The translations under genes were made by a program, and so were the position numbers. Below are positions 1 to 11,800 of a stretch of DNA of 64,000 nt, piece by piece. Source of the stretch: Eledone cirrhosa (taxonomy: Eukaryota); the NCBI GenBank assembly GCA_964016885.1, contig OZ024744.1, positions 2,356,001-2,420,000 of the forward strand. Direction: 5' to 3'. Within the stretch, counting starts at the first letter, position 1, and every line of letters starts with the position of its first letter. Below the pieces are notes generated by a model. It was not told the DNA's origin. It saw only the letters and a list, made by a program, of their open reading frames with translations, and searched no databases.

Positions 1-3000
1 AACTTCGTTCTTCACCAAGCTATCTTTCTCTACCTTGTCTTCCCCCAAAACTTCGTTCTTCACCAAGCTATCTTTCTCTACCTTGTCTTCCCTCAAAACT
101 ACGTTCTTCACCAAGCTATCTTTCTCTACCTTGTCTTCCCCCAAAACTTCGTTCCTCACCAAGCTATCTTTCTCTACCTTGTCTTCCCTCAAAACTTCGT
201 ACTTCACCAAGCTATCTTTCTCTACCTCGTCTTCCCCCAAAACTTCGTTCTTCACCAAGCTATCTTTCTCTACCTTGTCTTCCCTCAAAACGTCGTTCTT
301 CACCAAGCTATCTTTCTCTATCTTGTCTTCCTCCAACACTTCGTTCTTCATCAAGCTATCTTTCTCTACCTTGTCTTCCCTCAAAACGTCTTTCTTCACC
401 AAGCTATCTTTCTCTACCTTGTCTTCCCTCAAAACTTCGTTCTTCACCAAGCTATCTTTCTCTACCTTGTCTTCCCCTAAAACTCCGTTCTTCACCAAGC
501 TATCTTTCTCTACCTTGTCCTCCCCCAAAATTTCGTTCTTCATGAAGCTATCTTTCTCTACCTTGTCTTCCCTCAAAACGTCGTTCTTCACCAAGCTATC
601 TTTCTCTACCCATTCTTCCCTCAAAACTTCGTTCTTCACCAAGCTATCTTTCTCTACCTTGTCTTCCCCTAAAACTTCGTTCTTCACCAAGCTATCTTTC
701 TCTACCTTGCCTTCCCTCAAAACTTCGTTCTTCATCAAGCTATCTTTCTCTACTTTGTCTTCCTTCAAAACGTCGTTCTTCACCAAGCTATCTTTCTCTA
801 CCTTGTCTTCCCTCAAAACTTCGGTCGTTCTTCATCAAGCTATCTTTCTCTACCTTGTCTTCCCTCAAAACGTCGTTCTTCACCAAGCTATCTTTCTCTA
901 CCTTGTCTTCCCCAAAACTTCGTTCTTCACCAAGCTATCTTTCACTACCTTGTCTTCACCAACAACTTCGTTCTTCACCAAGCTATCTTTCTCTAGCATG
1001 TCTTCCCTCAAAACTTCCTTCTTCACCAAGCTATCTTTCCCTACCTTGTCTTACCTCAAAACTTCGTTCTTCACCAAGCTATCTTTCTCTACCTTGTCTT
1101 CCCCCCAAAACTTCGTTCTTCACCAAGCCATCTTTCTCTACCTTGTCTTCCTTCAAAACTTCGTTCTTCACCAAGCTATCTTTCTCTACCTTGTCTTCCC
1201 TCAAAACTCCGTTCTTCATCAAGCTATCTTTCTCTACCTTGTCTTCCCCCAAAACTTCGTTCTTCACCAAGCTATCTTTCACTACCTTGTCTTCACCAAC
1301 AACTTCGTTCTTCACCAAGCTATCTTTCTCTAGCATGTCTTCCCTCAAAACTTCCTTCTTCACCAAGCTATCTTTCTCTATCTTGTCTTCCCCCAACACT
1401 TCGTTCTTCATCAAGCTATCTTTCTCTACCTTGTCTTCCCTCAAAACGTCTTTCTTCACCAAGCTATCTTTCTCTACCTTGTCTTCCCTTAAAACTTCGT
1501 TCTTCACTAAGCTATCTTTCTCTACCCATTCTTCCCTCAAAACTTTGTTCTTCACCAAGCTATCTTTCTCTACCTTGTCTTCCCTCAAAACTTCGTTCTT
1601 CATCAAGCTATCTTTCTCTACCTTGTCTTCCCACAAAACTTCGTTCTTCACCAAGCTATCTTTCTCTACCTTGTCTCCCCTCAAAACGTCGTTCTTCACC
1701 AAGCTATCTTTCTCTACCCATTCTTCCATCAAAACATCGTTCTTCACCAAGCTATCTTTCTCTACCTTGTCTCCCCCAAAAGTTCGTTCTTCACCAAGCT
1801 ATCTTTCTCTACCTTATCTTCCCTCAACACTTCGTTCTTCATCAAGCTATCTTTCTCTACCTTGTCTTCACTCAAAACGTCGTTCTTCACCAAGCTATCT
1901 TTCTCTACCTTGTCTTCCCCCAACACTTCGTTCTTCATCAAGCTATCTTTCTCTACCTTGTCTTCCCTCAAAACGTCGTTCTTCACCAAGCTATCTTTCT
2001 CTACCTTGTCTTCCCTCAAAACTTCGTTCTTCACCAAGCTATCTTTCTCTACCTTGTCTTCCCCCAAAACTCCGTCCTTCACCAAGCTATCTTTCTCTAC
2101 CTTGTCCTCCCCCAAAACTTCGTTCTTCATCAAGCTATCTGTCTCTACCTTGTCTTCCCTCAAAACGTCTTTCTTCACCAAGCTATCTTTCTCTACCTTG
2201 TCTTCCCTCAAAACTTCGTTCTTCACCAGGCTATCTTTCTCTACCTTGTCTTCCCTCAAAACTTCGTTCTTCATCAAGCTATCTTTCTCTACCTTGTCTA
2301 CCCCCAAAACTTCGTTCATCACCAAGCTATCTTTCTCTACCTTGTCTTCCCTCAAAACTTCGTTCTTCACCAAGCTATCTTTCTCTACCTTGTCTTCCCT
2401 CAAAACGTCGTTCTTCATCAAGCTATCTTTCTCTACCTTGTCTTCCCCCAAAACTTCGTTCTTCACCAAGCTATCTTTCACTACCTTGTCTTCACCAACA
2501 ACTTCGTTCTTCACCAAGCTATCTTTCTCTACCTTGTCTTCCCTCAAAACTTCGTTCTTCATCAAGCTATCTTTGTCTACCTTGTCTTCCCACAAAACGT
2601 CGTTCTTCACCAAGCTATCTTTCTCTACCCATTCTTCCCTCAAAACTTCGTTCTTCACCAAGCTATCTTTCTCTACCTTGTCTTCCCCCAAAACTTCGTT
2701 CTTCCCCAAGCTATATTTCTCTACCTTGCCTTCCCTCAAAACTTCGTTCTTCATCAAGCTATCTTTCTCTACTTTGTCTTCACTCAAAACGTCGTTCTTC
2801 ACCAAGCTATCTTTCTCTACCTTGTCTTCCCTCAAAACTTCGTTCGTTCTTCATCAAGCTATCTTTCTCTACCTTGTCTTCCCTCAAAACGTCGTTCTTC
2901 ACCAAGCTATCTTTCTCTACCTTGTCTTCCCCCAAAACTTCGTTCTTCACCAAGCTATCTTTCACTACCTTGTCTTCACTAACAACTTCGTTCTTCACCA

Positions 3001-4500
3001 AGCTATCTTTCTCTACCTTGTCTTCCCTCAAAACTTCGTTCTTCATCAAGCTATCTTTATCTACCTTGTCTTCCCACAAAACGTCGTTCTTCACCAAGCT
3101 ATCTTTCTCTACCTTGTCTCCCTTCAAAACGTCGTTCTTCACCAAGCTATCTTTCTCTACCCATTCTTCCCTCAAAACTTCGTTCTTCACCAAGCTATCT
3201 TTCTCTACCTTGTCTTCCCCCAAAACTTCGTTCTTCACCAAGCTATCTTTCTCTACCTTGTCTTCCCTCAAAACTACGTTCTTCACCAAGCTATCTTTCT
3301 CTACCTTGTCTTCCCCCAAAACTTCGTTCCTCATCAAGCTATCTTTCTCTACCTTGTCTTCCCTCAAAACTTCGTACTTCACCAAGCTATCTTTCTCTAC
3401 CTCGTCTTCCTCCAAAACTTCGTTCTTCACCAAGCTATCTTTCTCTACCTTGTCTTCCCTCAAAACGTCGTTCTTCACCAAGCTATCTTTCTCTACCTTG
3501 TCCTCCCCCAAAATTTCGTTCTTCATCAAGCTATCTTTCTCTACCTTGTCTGCCCTCAAAACGTCGTTCTTCACCAAGCTATCTTTCTCTACCCATTCTT
3601 CCCTCAAAACTTCGTTCTTCACCAAGCTATCTTTCTCTACCTTGTCTTCCCCTAAAACTTCGTTCTTCACCAAGCTATCTTTCTCTACCTTGCCTTCCCT
3701 CAAAACTTCGTTCTTCATCAAGCTATCTTTCTCTACTTTGTCTTCCTTCAAAAGGTCGTTCTTCACCAAGCTATCTTTCTCTACCTTGTCTTCCCTCAAA
3801 ACTTCGGTCGTTCTTCATCAAGCTATCTTTCTCTACCTTGTCTTCCCTCAAAACGTCGTTCTTCACCAAGCTATCTTTCTCTACCTTGTCTTCCCCAAAA
3901 CTTCGTTCTTCACCAAGCTATCTTTCACTACCTTGACTTCACCAACAACTTCGTTCTTCACCAAGCTATCTTTCTCTAGCATGTCTTCCCTCAAAACTTC
4001 CTTCTTCACCAAGCTATCTTTCCCTACCTTGTCTTACCTCAAAACTTCGTTCTTCACCAAGCTATCTTTCTCTACCTTGTCTTCCCCCCAAAACTTCGTT
4101 CTTCACCAAGCCATCTTTCTCTACCTTGTCTTCCTTCAAAACTTCGTTCTTCACCAAGCTATCTTTCTCTACCTTGTCTTCCCTCAAAACTCCGTTCTTC
4201 ATCAAGCTATCTTTCTCTACCTTGTCTTCCCCCAAAACTTCGTTCTTCACCAAGCTATCTTTCACTACCTTGTCTTCACCAACAACTTCGTTCTTCACCA
4301 AGCTATCTTTCTCTAGCATGTCTTCCCTCAAAACTTCCTTCTTCACCAAGCTATCTTTCTCTATCTTGTCTTCCCCCAACACTTCATTCTTCATCAAGCT
4401 ATCTTTCTCTACCTTGTCTTCCCTCAAAACGTCTTTCTTCACCAAGCTATCTTTCTCTACCTTGTCTTCCCTTAAAACTTCGTTCTTCACTAAGCTATCT
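1..4500. repeat. Diverged duplication at offset ~2,983 bp (62 monomers): ~1-1520 recurs at ~3170-4500
   Basis: Rare variants are shared at matching spacing: AAGCCATC (~1126/4109), CACTAAG (~1505/4488), TTCGGTCG (820/3803). ORF ends 1079/4062 differ by 2,983. CGTACTTC (~198/3373) is offset by 192 bp more, i.e. a 4-monomer indel. Confidence 0.8.
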
Positions 4501-5899
4501 TTCTCTACCTTGTCTTCCCCCAAAACTCCGTTCTTCACCAAGCTATCTTTCTCTACCTTGTCCTCCCCCAAGACTTCGTTCTTCATCAAGCTATCTTTCT
4601 CTACCTTGTCTTCCCTCAAAACGTCGTTCTTCACCAAGCTATCTTTCTCTACCCATTCTTCCCTCAAAACTTCGTTCTTCACCAAGCTATCTTTCTCTAC
4701 CTTGTCTTCCCCCAAAACTTCGTTCTTCACCAAGCTATCTTTCTCTACCTTGCCTTCCCTCAAAACTTCGTTCTTCATCAAGCTAACTTTCTCTACTTTT
4801 TCTTCCTTCAAAACGTCGTTCTTGACCAAGCTATCTTTCTGTACCTTGTCTTCCCTCAAAACTTCGGTCGTTCTTCATCAAGCTATCTTTCTCTACCTTG
4901 TCTTCCCTCAAAACGTCGTTCTTCACCAAGCTATCTTTCCTACCCATTCTTCCCTCAAAACTTCGTTCTTCACCAAGCTATCTTTCTCTACCTTGTCTTC
5001 CCCCAAAACTTCGTTCTTCACCAAGCTATCTTTCTCTACCTTGTCTTCCCTCAAAACTTCGTTCTTCACCAAGCTATCTTTCTCTACCTTGTCTTCCCCC
5101 AAAACTTCGTTCTTCACCAAGCTATCTTTCTCTACCTTGCCTTCCCTCAAAACTTCGTTCTTCATCAAGATATCTTTCTCTACTTTGTCATCCCTCAAAA
5201 CGTCGTTCTTCACCAAGCTATCTTTCTCTACCTTGTCTTCCCTCAAAACTTCGTTCGTTCTTCATCAAGCTATCTTTCTCTACCTTGTCTTCCCTCAAAA
5301 CTTCGTTATTCACCAAGCTATCTTTCTCTACCTTGTCTTCCCCCAAAACTTCGTTCTTCATCAAGCTATCTTTCTCTACCTTGTCTTCCCTCAAAACGTC
5401 GTTCTTCACCAAGCTATCTTTCTCTACCTTGCCTTCCCTCAAAACGTCGTTCTTCACCAAGCTATCTTTCTCTACCTTGTCTTCCCTCAAAACGTCGTTC
5501 TTCACCAAGCTATCTTTCTCTACCCATTCTTCCCTCAAAACTTCGTTCTTCACCAAGCTATCTTTCTCTACCTTGTCTTCCCTCAAAACTTCGTTCTTCA
5601 TCAAGCTATCTTTCTCTACCTTGTCTTCCCACAAAACTTCGTTCTTCACCAAGCTATCTTTCTCTACCTTGTCTCCCCTCAAAACGTCGTTCTTCACCAA
5701 GCTATGTTTCTCTACCCATTCTTCCCTCAAAACATCGTTCTTCACCAAGCTATCTTTCTCTACCTTGTCTCCCCCAAAAGTTCGTTCTTCACCAAGCTAT
5801 CTTTCTCTACCTTATCTTCCCTCAACACTTCGTTCTTCATCAAGCTATCTTTCTCTACCTTGTCTTCCCTCAAAACGTCGTTCTTCACCAAGCTATCTT

Positions 5900-8800
5900 T
5901 CTCTACCTTGTCTTCCCCCAACACTTCGTTCTTCATCAAGCTATCTTTATCTACCTTGTCTTCCCTCAAAACGTCGTTCTTCACCAAGCTATCTTTCTCT
6001 ACCTTGTCTTCCCTTAAAACTTCGTTCTCCACCAAGCTATCTTTCTCTACCTTGTCTTCTCCCAAAACTCCGTCCTTCACCAAGCTATCTTTCTCTACCT
6101 TGTCCTCCTCCAAAACTTCGTTCTTCATCAAGCTATCTGTCTCTACCTTGTCTTCCCTCAAAACGTCTTTCTTCACCAAGCTATCTTTCTCTACCTTGTC
6201 TTCCCTCAAAACTTCGTTCTTCACCAAGCTATCTTTCTCTACCTTGTCTACCCCCAAAACTTCGTTCTTCACCAAGCTATCTTTCTCTACCTTGTCTTCC
6301 CTCAAAACTTCGTTCTTCACCAAGCTATCTTTCTCTACCTTGTCTTCCCTCAAAACGTCGTTCTTCACCAAGCTATCTTTCTCTACCTTGTCTTCCCCAA
6401 AAACTTCGTTCTTCACCAAGCTATTTTTCACTACCTTGTCTTCACCAACAACTTCGTTCTTCACCAAGCTATCTTTCTCTACCTTGTCTTCCCTCAAAAC
6501 TTCGTTCTTCATCAAGCTATCTTTGTCTACCTTGTCTTCCCACAAAACGTCGTTCTTCACCAAGCTATCTTTCTCTACCCATTCTTCCCTCAAAACTTCG
6601 TTCTTCACCAAGCTATCTTTCTCTACCTTGTCTTCCCCCAAAACTTCGTTCTTCCCCAAGCTATATTTCTCTACCTTGCCTTCCCTCAAAACTTCGTTCT
6701 TCATCAAGCTATCTTTCTCTACTTTGTCTTCCCTCAAAACGTCGTTCTTCACCAAGCTATCTTTCTCTACCTTGTCTTCCCTCAAAACTTCGTTCGTTCT
6801 TCATCAAGCTATCTTTCTCTACCTTGTCTTCCCTCAAAACGTCGTTCTTCACCAAGCTATCTTTCTCTACCTTGTCTTCCCCCAAAACTTCGTTCTTCAC
6901 CAAGCTATCTTTCACTACCTTGTCTTCACCAACAACTTCGTTCTTCACCAAGCTATCTTTCTCTACCTTGTCTTCCCTCCAAACTTCGTTCTTCATCAAG
7001 CTATCTTTATCTGCCTTGTCTTCCCACAAAACGTCGTTCTTCACCAAGCTATCTTTCTCTACCTTGTCTCCCCTCAAAACGTCGTTCTTCACCAAGCTAT
7101 CTTTCTCTACCCATTCTTCCCTCAAAACTTCGTTCTTCACCAAGCTATCTTTCTCTACCTTGTCTTCCCCCAAAACTTCGTTCTTCACCAAGCTATCTTT
7201 CTCTACCTTGTCTTCCCTCAAAACTACGTTCTTCACCAAGCTATCTTTCTCTACCTTGTCTTCCCCCAAAACTTCGTTCCTCACCAAGCTATCTTTCTCT
7301 ACCTTGTCTTCCCTCAAAACATCGTTCTTCACCAAGCTATCTTTCTCTACCTCGTCTTCCCCCAAAACTTCGTTCTTCACCAAGCTATCTTTCTCTACCT
7401 TGTCTTCCCTCAAAACGTCGTTCTTCACCAAGCTATCTTTCTCTATCTTGTCTTCCCCCAACACTTCGTTCTTCATCAAGCTATCTTTCTCTACCTTGTC
7501 TTCCCTCAAAACGTCTTTCTTCACCAAGCTATCTTTCTCTACCTTGTCTTCCCTCAAAACTTCGTTCTTCACCAAGCTATCTTTCTCTACCTTGTCTTCC
7601 CCCAAAACTCCGTTCTTCACCAAGCTATCTTTCTCTACCTTGTCCTCCCCCAAAGTTTCGTTCTTCATGAAGCTATCTTTCTCTACCTTGTCTTCCCTCA
7701 AAACGTCGTTCTTCACCAAGCTATCTTTCTCTACCCATTCTTCCCTCAAAACTTCGTTCTTCACCAAGCTATCTTTCTCTACCTTGTCTTCCCCTAAAAC
7801 TTCGTTCTTCACCAAGCTATCTTTCTCTACCTTGCCTTCCCTCAAAACTTCGTTCTTCATCAAGCTATCTTTCTCTACTTTGTCTTCCTTCAAAACGTCG
7901 TTCTTCACCAAGCTATCTTTCTCTACCTTGTCTTCCCTCAAAACTTCGGTCGTTCTTCATCAAGCTATCTTTCTCTACCTTGTCTTCCCTCAAAACGTCG
8001 TTCTTCACCAAGCTATCTTTCTCTACCTTGTCTTCCCCAAAACTTCGTTCTTTACCAAGCTATCTTTCACTACCTTGTCTTCACCAACAACTTCGTTCTT
8101 CACCAAGCTATCTTTCTCTAGCATGTCTTCCCTCAAAACTTCCTTCTTCACCAAGCTATCTTTCCCTACCTTGTCTTACCTCAAAACTTCGTTCTTCACC
8201 AAGCTATCTTTCTCTACCTTGCCTTCCCTCAAAACTTCGTTCTTCATCAAGCTATCTTTCTCTACTTTGTCTTCCTTCAAAACGTCGTTCTTCACCAAGC
8301 TATCTTTCTCTACCTTGTCTTCCCTCAAAACTTCGGTCGTTCTTCATCAAGCTATCTTTCTCTACCTTGTCTTCCCTCAAAACGTCGTTCTTCACCAAGC
8401 TATCTTTCTCTACCTTGTCTTCCCCAAAACTTCGTTCTTCACCAAGCTATCTTTCACTACCTTGTCTTCACCAACAACTTCGTTCTTCACCAAGCTATCT
8501 TTCTCTAGCATGTCTTCTCTCAAAACTTCGTTCTTCACCAAGCTATCTTTCTCTACCTTGTCTTCCCTCAAAACTCCGTTCTTCATCAAGCTATCTTTCT
8601 CTACCTTGTCTTCCCCCAAAACTTCGTTCTTCACCAAGCTATCTTTCACTACCTTGTCTTCACCAACAACTTCGTTCTTCACCAAGCTATCTTTCTCTAG
8701 CATGTCTTCCCTCAAAACTTCCTTCTTCACCAAGCTATCTTTCTCTACCTTGTCTTCCCTTAAAACTTCGTTCTTCACCAAGCTATCTTTCTCTACCTTG

Positions 8801-11800
8801 TCTTCCCCCAAAACTCCGTTCTTCACCAAGCTATCTTTCTCTACCTTGTCCTCCCCCAAGACTTCGTTCTTCATCAAGCTATCTTTCTCTACCTTGTCTT
8901 CCCTCAAAACGTCGTTCTTCACCAAGCTATCTTTCTCTACCCATTCTTCCCTCAAAACTTCGTTCTTCACCAAGCTATCTTTCTCTACCTTGTCATTCTC
9001 CCAAAACTTCGTTCTTCACCAAGCTATCTTTCTCTACCTTGCCTTCCCTCAAAACTTCGTTCTTCATCAAGCTAACTTTCTCTACTTTTTCTTCCTTCAA
9101 AACGTCGTTCTTCACCAAGCTATCTTTCTGTACCTTGTCTTCCCTCGAAACTTCGGTCGTTCTTCATCAAGCTATCTTTCTCTACCTTGTCTTCCCTCAA
9201 AACGTCGTTCTTCACCAAGCTATCTTGCTCTACCCATTCTTCCCTCAAAACTTCGTTCTTCACCAAGCTATCTTTCTCTACCTTGTCTTCCCCCAAAACT
9301 TCGTTCTTCACCAAGCTATCTTTCTCTACCTTGTCTTCCCTCAAAACTTCGTTCTTCACCAAGCTATCTTTCTCTACCTTGTCTTCCCCCAAAACTTCGT
9401 TCCTCACCAAGCTATCTTTCTCTACCTTGTCTTCCCTCAAAACTTCGTTCTTCACCAAGCTATCTTTCTTTACCTCGTCTTCCCCCAAAACTTCGTTCTT
9501 CACCAAGCTATCTTTCTCTACCTTGTCTTCCCTCAAAACTTCGTTCTTCATCAAGCTATCTTTATCTACCTTGTCTTCCCACAAAACGTCGTTCTTCACC
9601 AAACTATCTTTCTCTACCTTGTCTCCCCTCAAAACGTCGTTCTTCACCAAGCTATCTTTCTCTACCCATTCTTCCCTCAAAACCTCGTTCTTCACCAAGC
9701 TATCTTTCTCTACCTTGTCTTCCCCCAAAACTTCGTTCTTCACCAAGCTATCTTTCTCTACCTTGTCTTCCCTCAAAACTACGTTCTTCACCAAGCTATC
9801 TTTCTCTACCTTGTCTTCCCCCAAAACTTCGTTCCTCACCAAGCTATCTTTCTCTACCTTGTCTTCCCTCAAAACTTCGTTCTTCACCAAGCTATCTTTC
9901 TCTACCTCGTCTTCCCCCAAAACTTCGTTCTTCACCAAGCTATCTTTCTCTACCTTGTCTTCCCTCAAAACGTCGTTCTTCACCAAGCTATCTTTCTCTA
10001 TCTTGTCTTCCGCCAACACTTCGTTCTTCATCAAGATATCTTTCTCTACTTTGTCATCCCTCAAAACGTCGTTCTTCACCAAGCTATCTTTCTCTACCTT
10101 GTCTTCCCTCAAAACTTCGTTCGTTCTTCATCAAGCTATCTTTCTCTACCTTGTCTTCCCTCAAAACTTCGTTATTCACCAAGCTATCTTTCTCTACCTT
10201 GTCTTCCCCCAAAACTTCGTTCTTCATCAAGCTATCTTTCCTACCTTGTCTTCCCTCAAAACGTCGTTCTTCACCAAGCTATCTTTCTCTACCTTGCCTT
10301 CCCTCAAAACGTCGTTCTTCACCAAGCTATCTTTCTCTACCTTGTCTTCCCTCAAAACGTCGTTCTTCACCAAGCTATCTTTCTCTACCCATTCTTCCCT
10401 CAAAACTTCGTTCTTCACCAAGCTATCTTTCTCTACCTTGTCTTCCCTCAAAACTTCGTTCTTCATCAAGCTATCTTTCTCTACCTTGTCTTCCCACAAA
10501 ACTTCGTTCTTCACCAAGCTATCTTTCTCTACCTTGTCTCCCCTCAAAACGTCGTTCTTCACCAAGCTATGTTTCTCTACCCATTCTTCCCTCAAAACAT
10601 CGTTCTTCACCAAGCTATCTTTCTCTACCTTGTCTCCCCCAAAAGTTCGTTCTTCACCAAGCTATCTTTCTCTACCTTATCTTCCCTCAACACTTCGTTC
10701 TTCATCAAGCTATCTTTCTCTACCTTGTCTTCCCTCAAAACGTCGTTCTTCACCAAGCTATCTTTCTCTACCTCGTCTTCCCCCAACACTTCGTTCTTCA
10801 TCAAGCTATCTTTCTCTACCTTGTCTTCCCTCAAAACGTCGTTCTTCACCAAGCTATCTTTCTCTACCTTGTCTTCCCCCAACACTTCGTTCTTCATCAA
10901 GCTATCTTTCTCTACCTTGTCTTCCCTCAAAACGTCGTTCTTCACCAAGCTATCTTTCTCTACCTTGTCTTCCCTTAAAACTTCGTTCTCCACCAAGCTA
11001 TCTTTCTCTACCTTGTCTTCTCCCAAAACTCCGTCCTTCACCAAGCTATCTTTCTCTACCTTGTCCTCCCCCAAAACTTCGTTCTTCATCAAGCTATCTG
11101 TCTCTACCTTGTCTTCCCTCAAAACGTCTTTCTTCACCAAGCTATCTTTCTCTACCTTGTCTTCCCTCAAAACTTCGTTCTTCACCAAGCTATCTTTCTC
11201 TACCTTGTCTACCCCCAAAACTTCGTTCTTCACCAAGCTATCTTTCTCTACCTTGTCTTCCCTCAAAACTTCGTTCTTCACCAAGCTATCTTTCTCTACC
11301 TTGTCTTCCCTCAAAACGTCGTTCTTCACCAAGCTATCTTTCTCTACCTTGTCTTCCCCAAAAACTTCGTTCTTCACCAAGCTATTTTTCACTACCTTGT
11401 CTTCACCAACAACTTCGTTCTTCACCAAGCTATCTTTCTCTACCTTGTCTTCCCTCAAAACTTCGTTCTTCATCAAGCTATCTTTGTCTACCTTGTCTTC
11501 CCACAAAACGTCGTTCTTCACCAAGCTATCTTTCTCTACCCATTCTTCCCTCAAAACTTCGTTCTTCACCAAGCTATCTTTCTCTACCTTGTCTTCCCCC
11601 AAAACTTCGTTCTTCCCCAAGCTATATTTCTCTACCTTGCCTTCCCTCAAAACTTCGTTCTTCATCAAGCTATCTTTCTCTACTTTGTCTTCCCTCAAAA
11701 CGTCGTTCTTCACCAAGCTATCTTTCTCTACCTTGTCTTCCCTCAAAACTTCGTTCGTTCTTCATCAAGCTATCTTTCTCTACCTTGTCTTCCCTCAAAA

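Noticed and set aside
3-19. CENP-B box-like motif CTTCGTTCTTCACCAAG
   Set aside because: It shares the CTTCGTT start but lacks the essential A at position 10 and the CGGG at positions 13-16 of NTTCGNNNNANNCGGGN. Only 5 of 9 core bases match.
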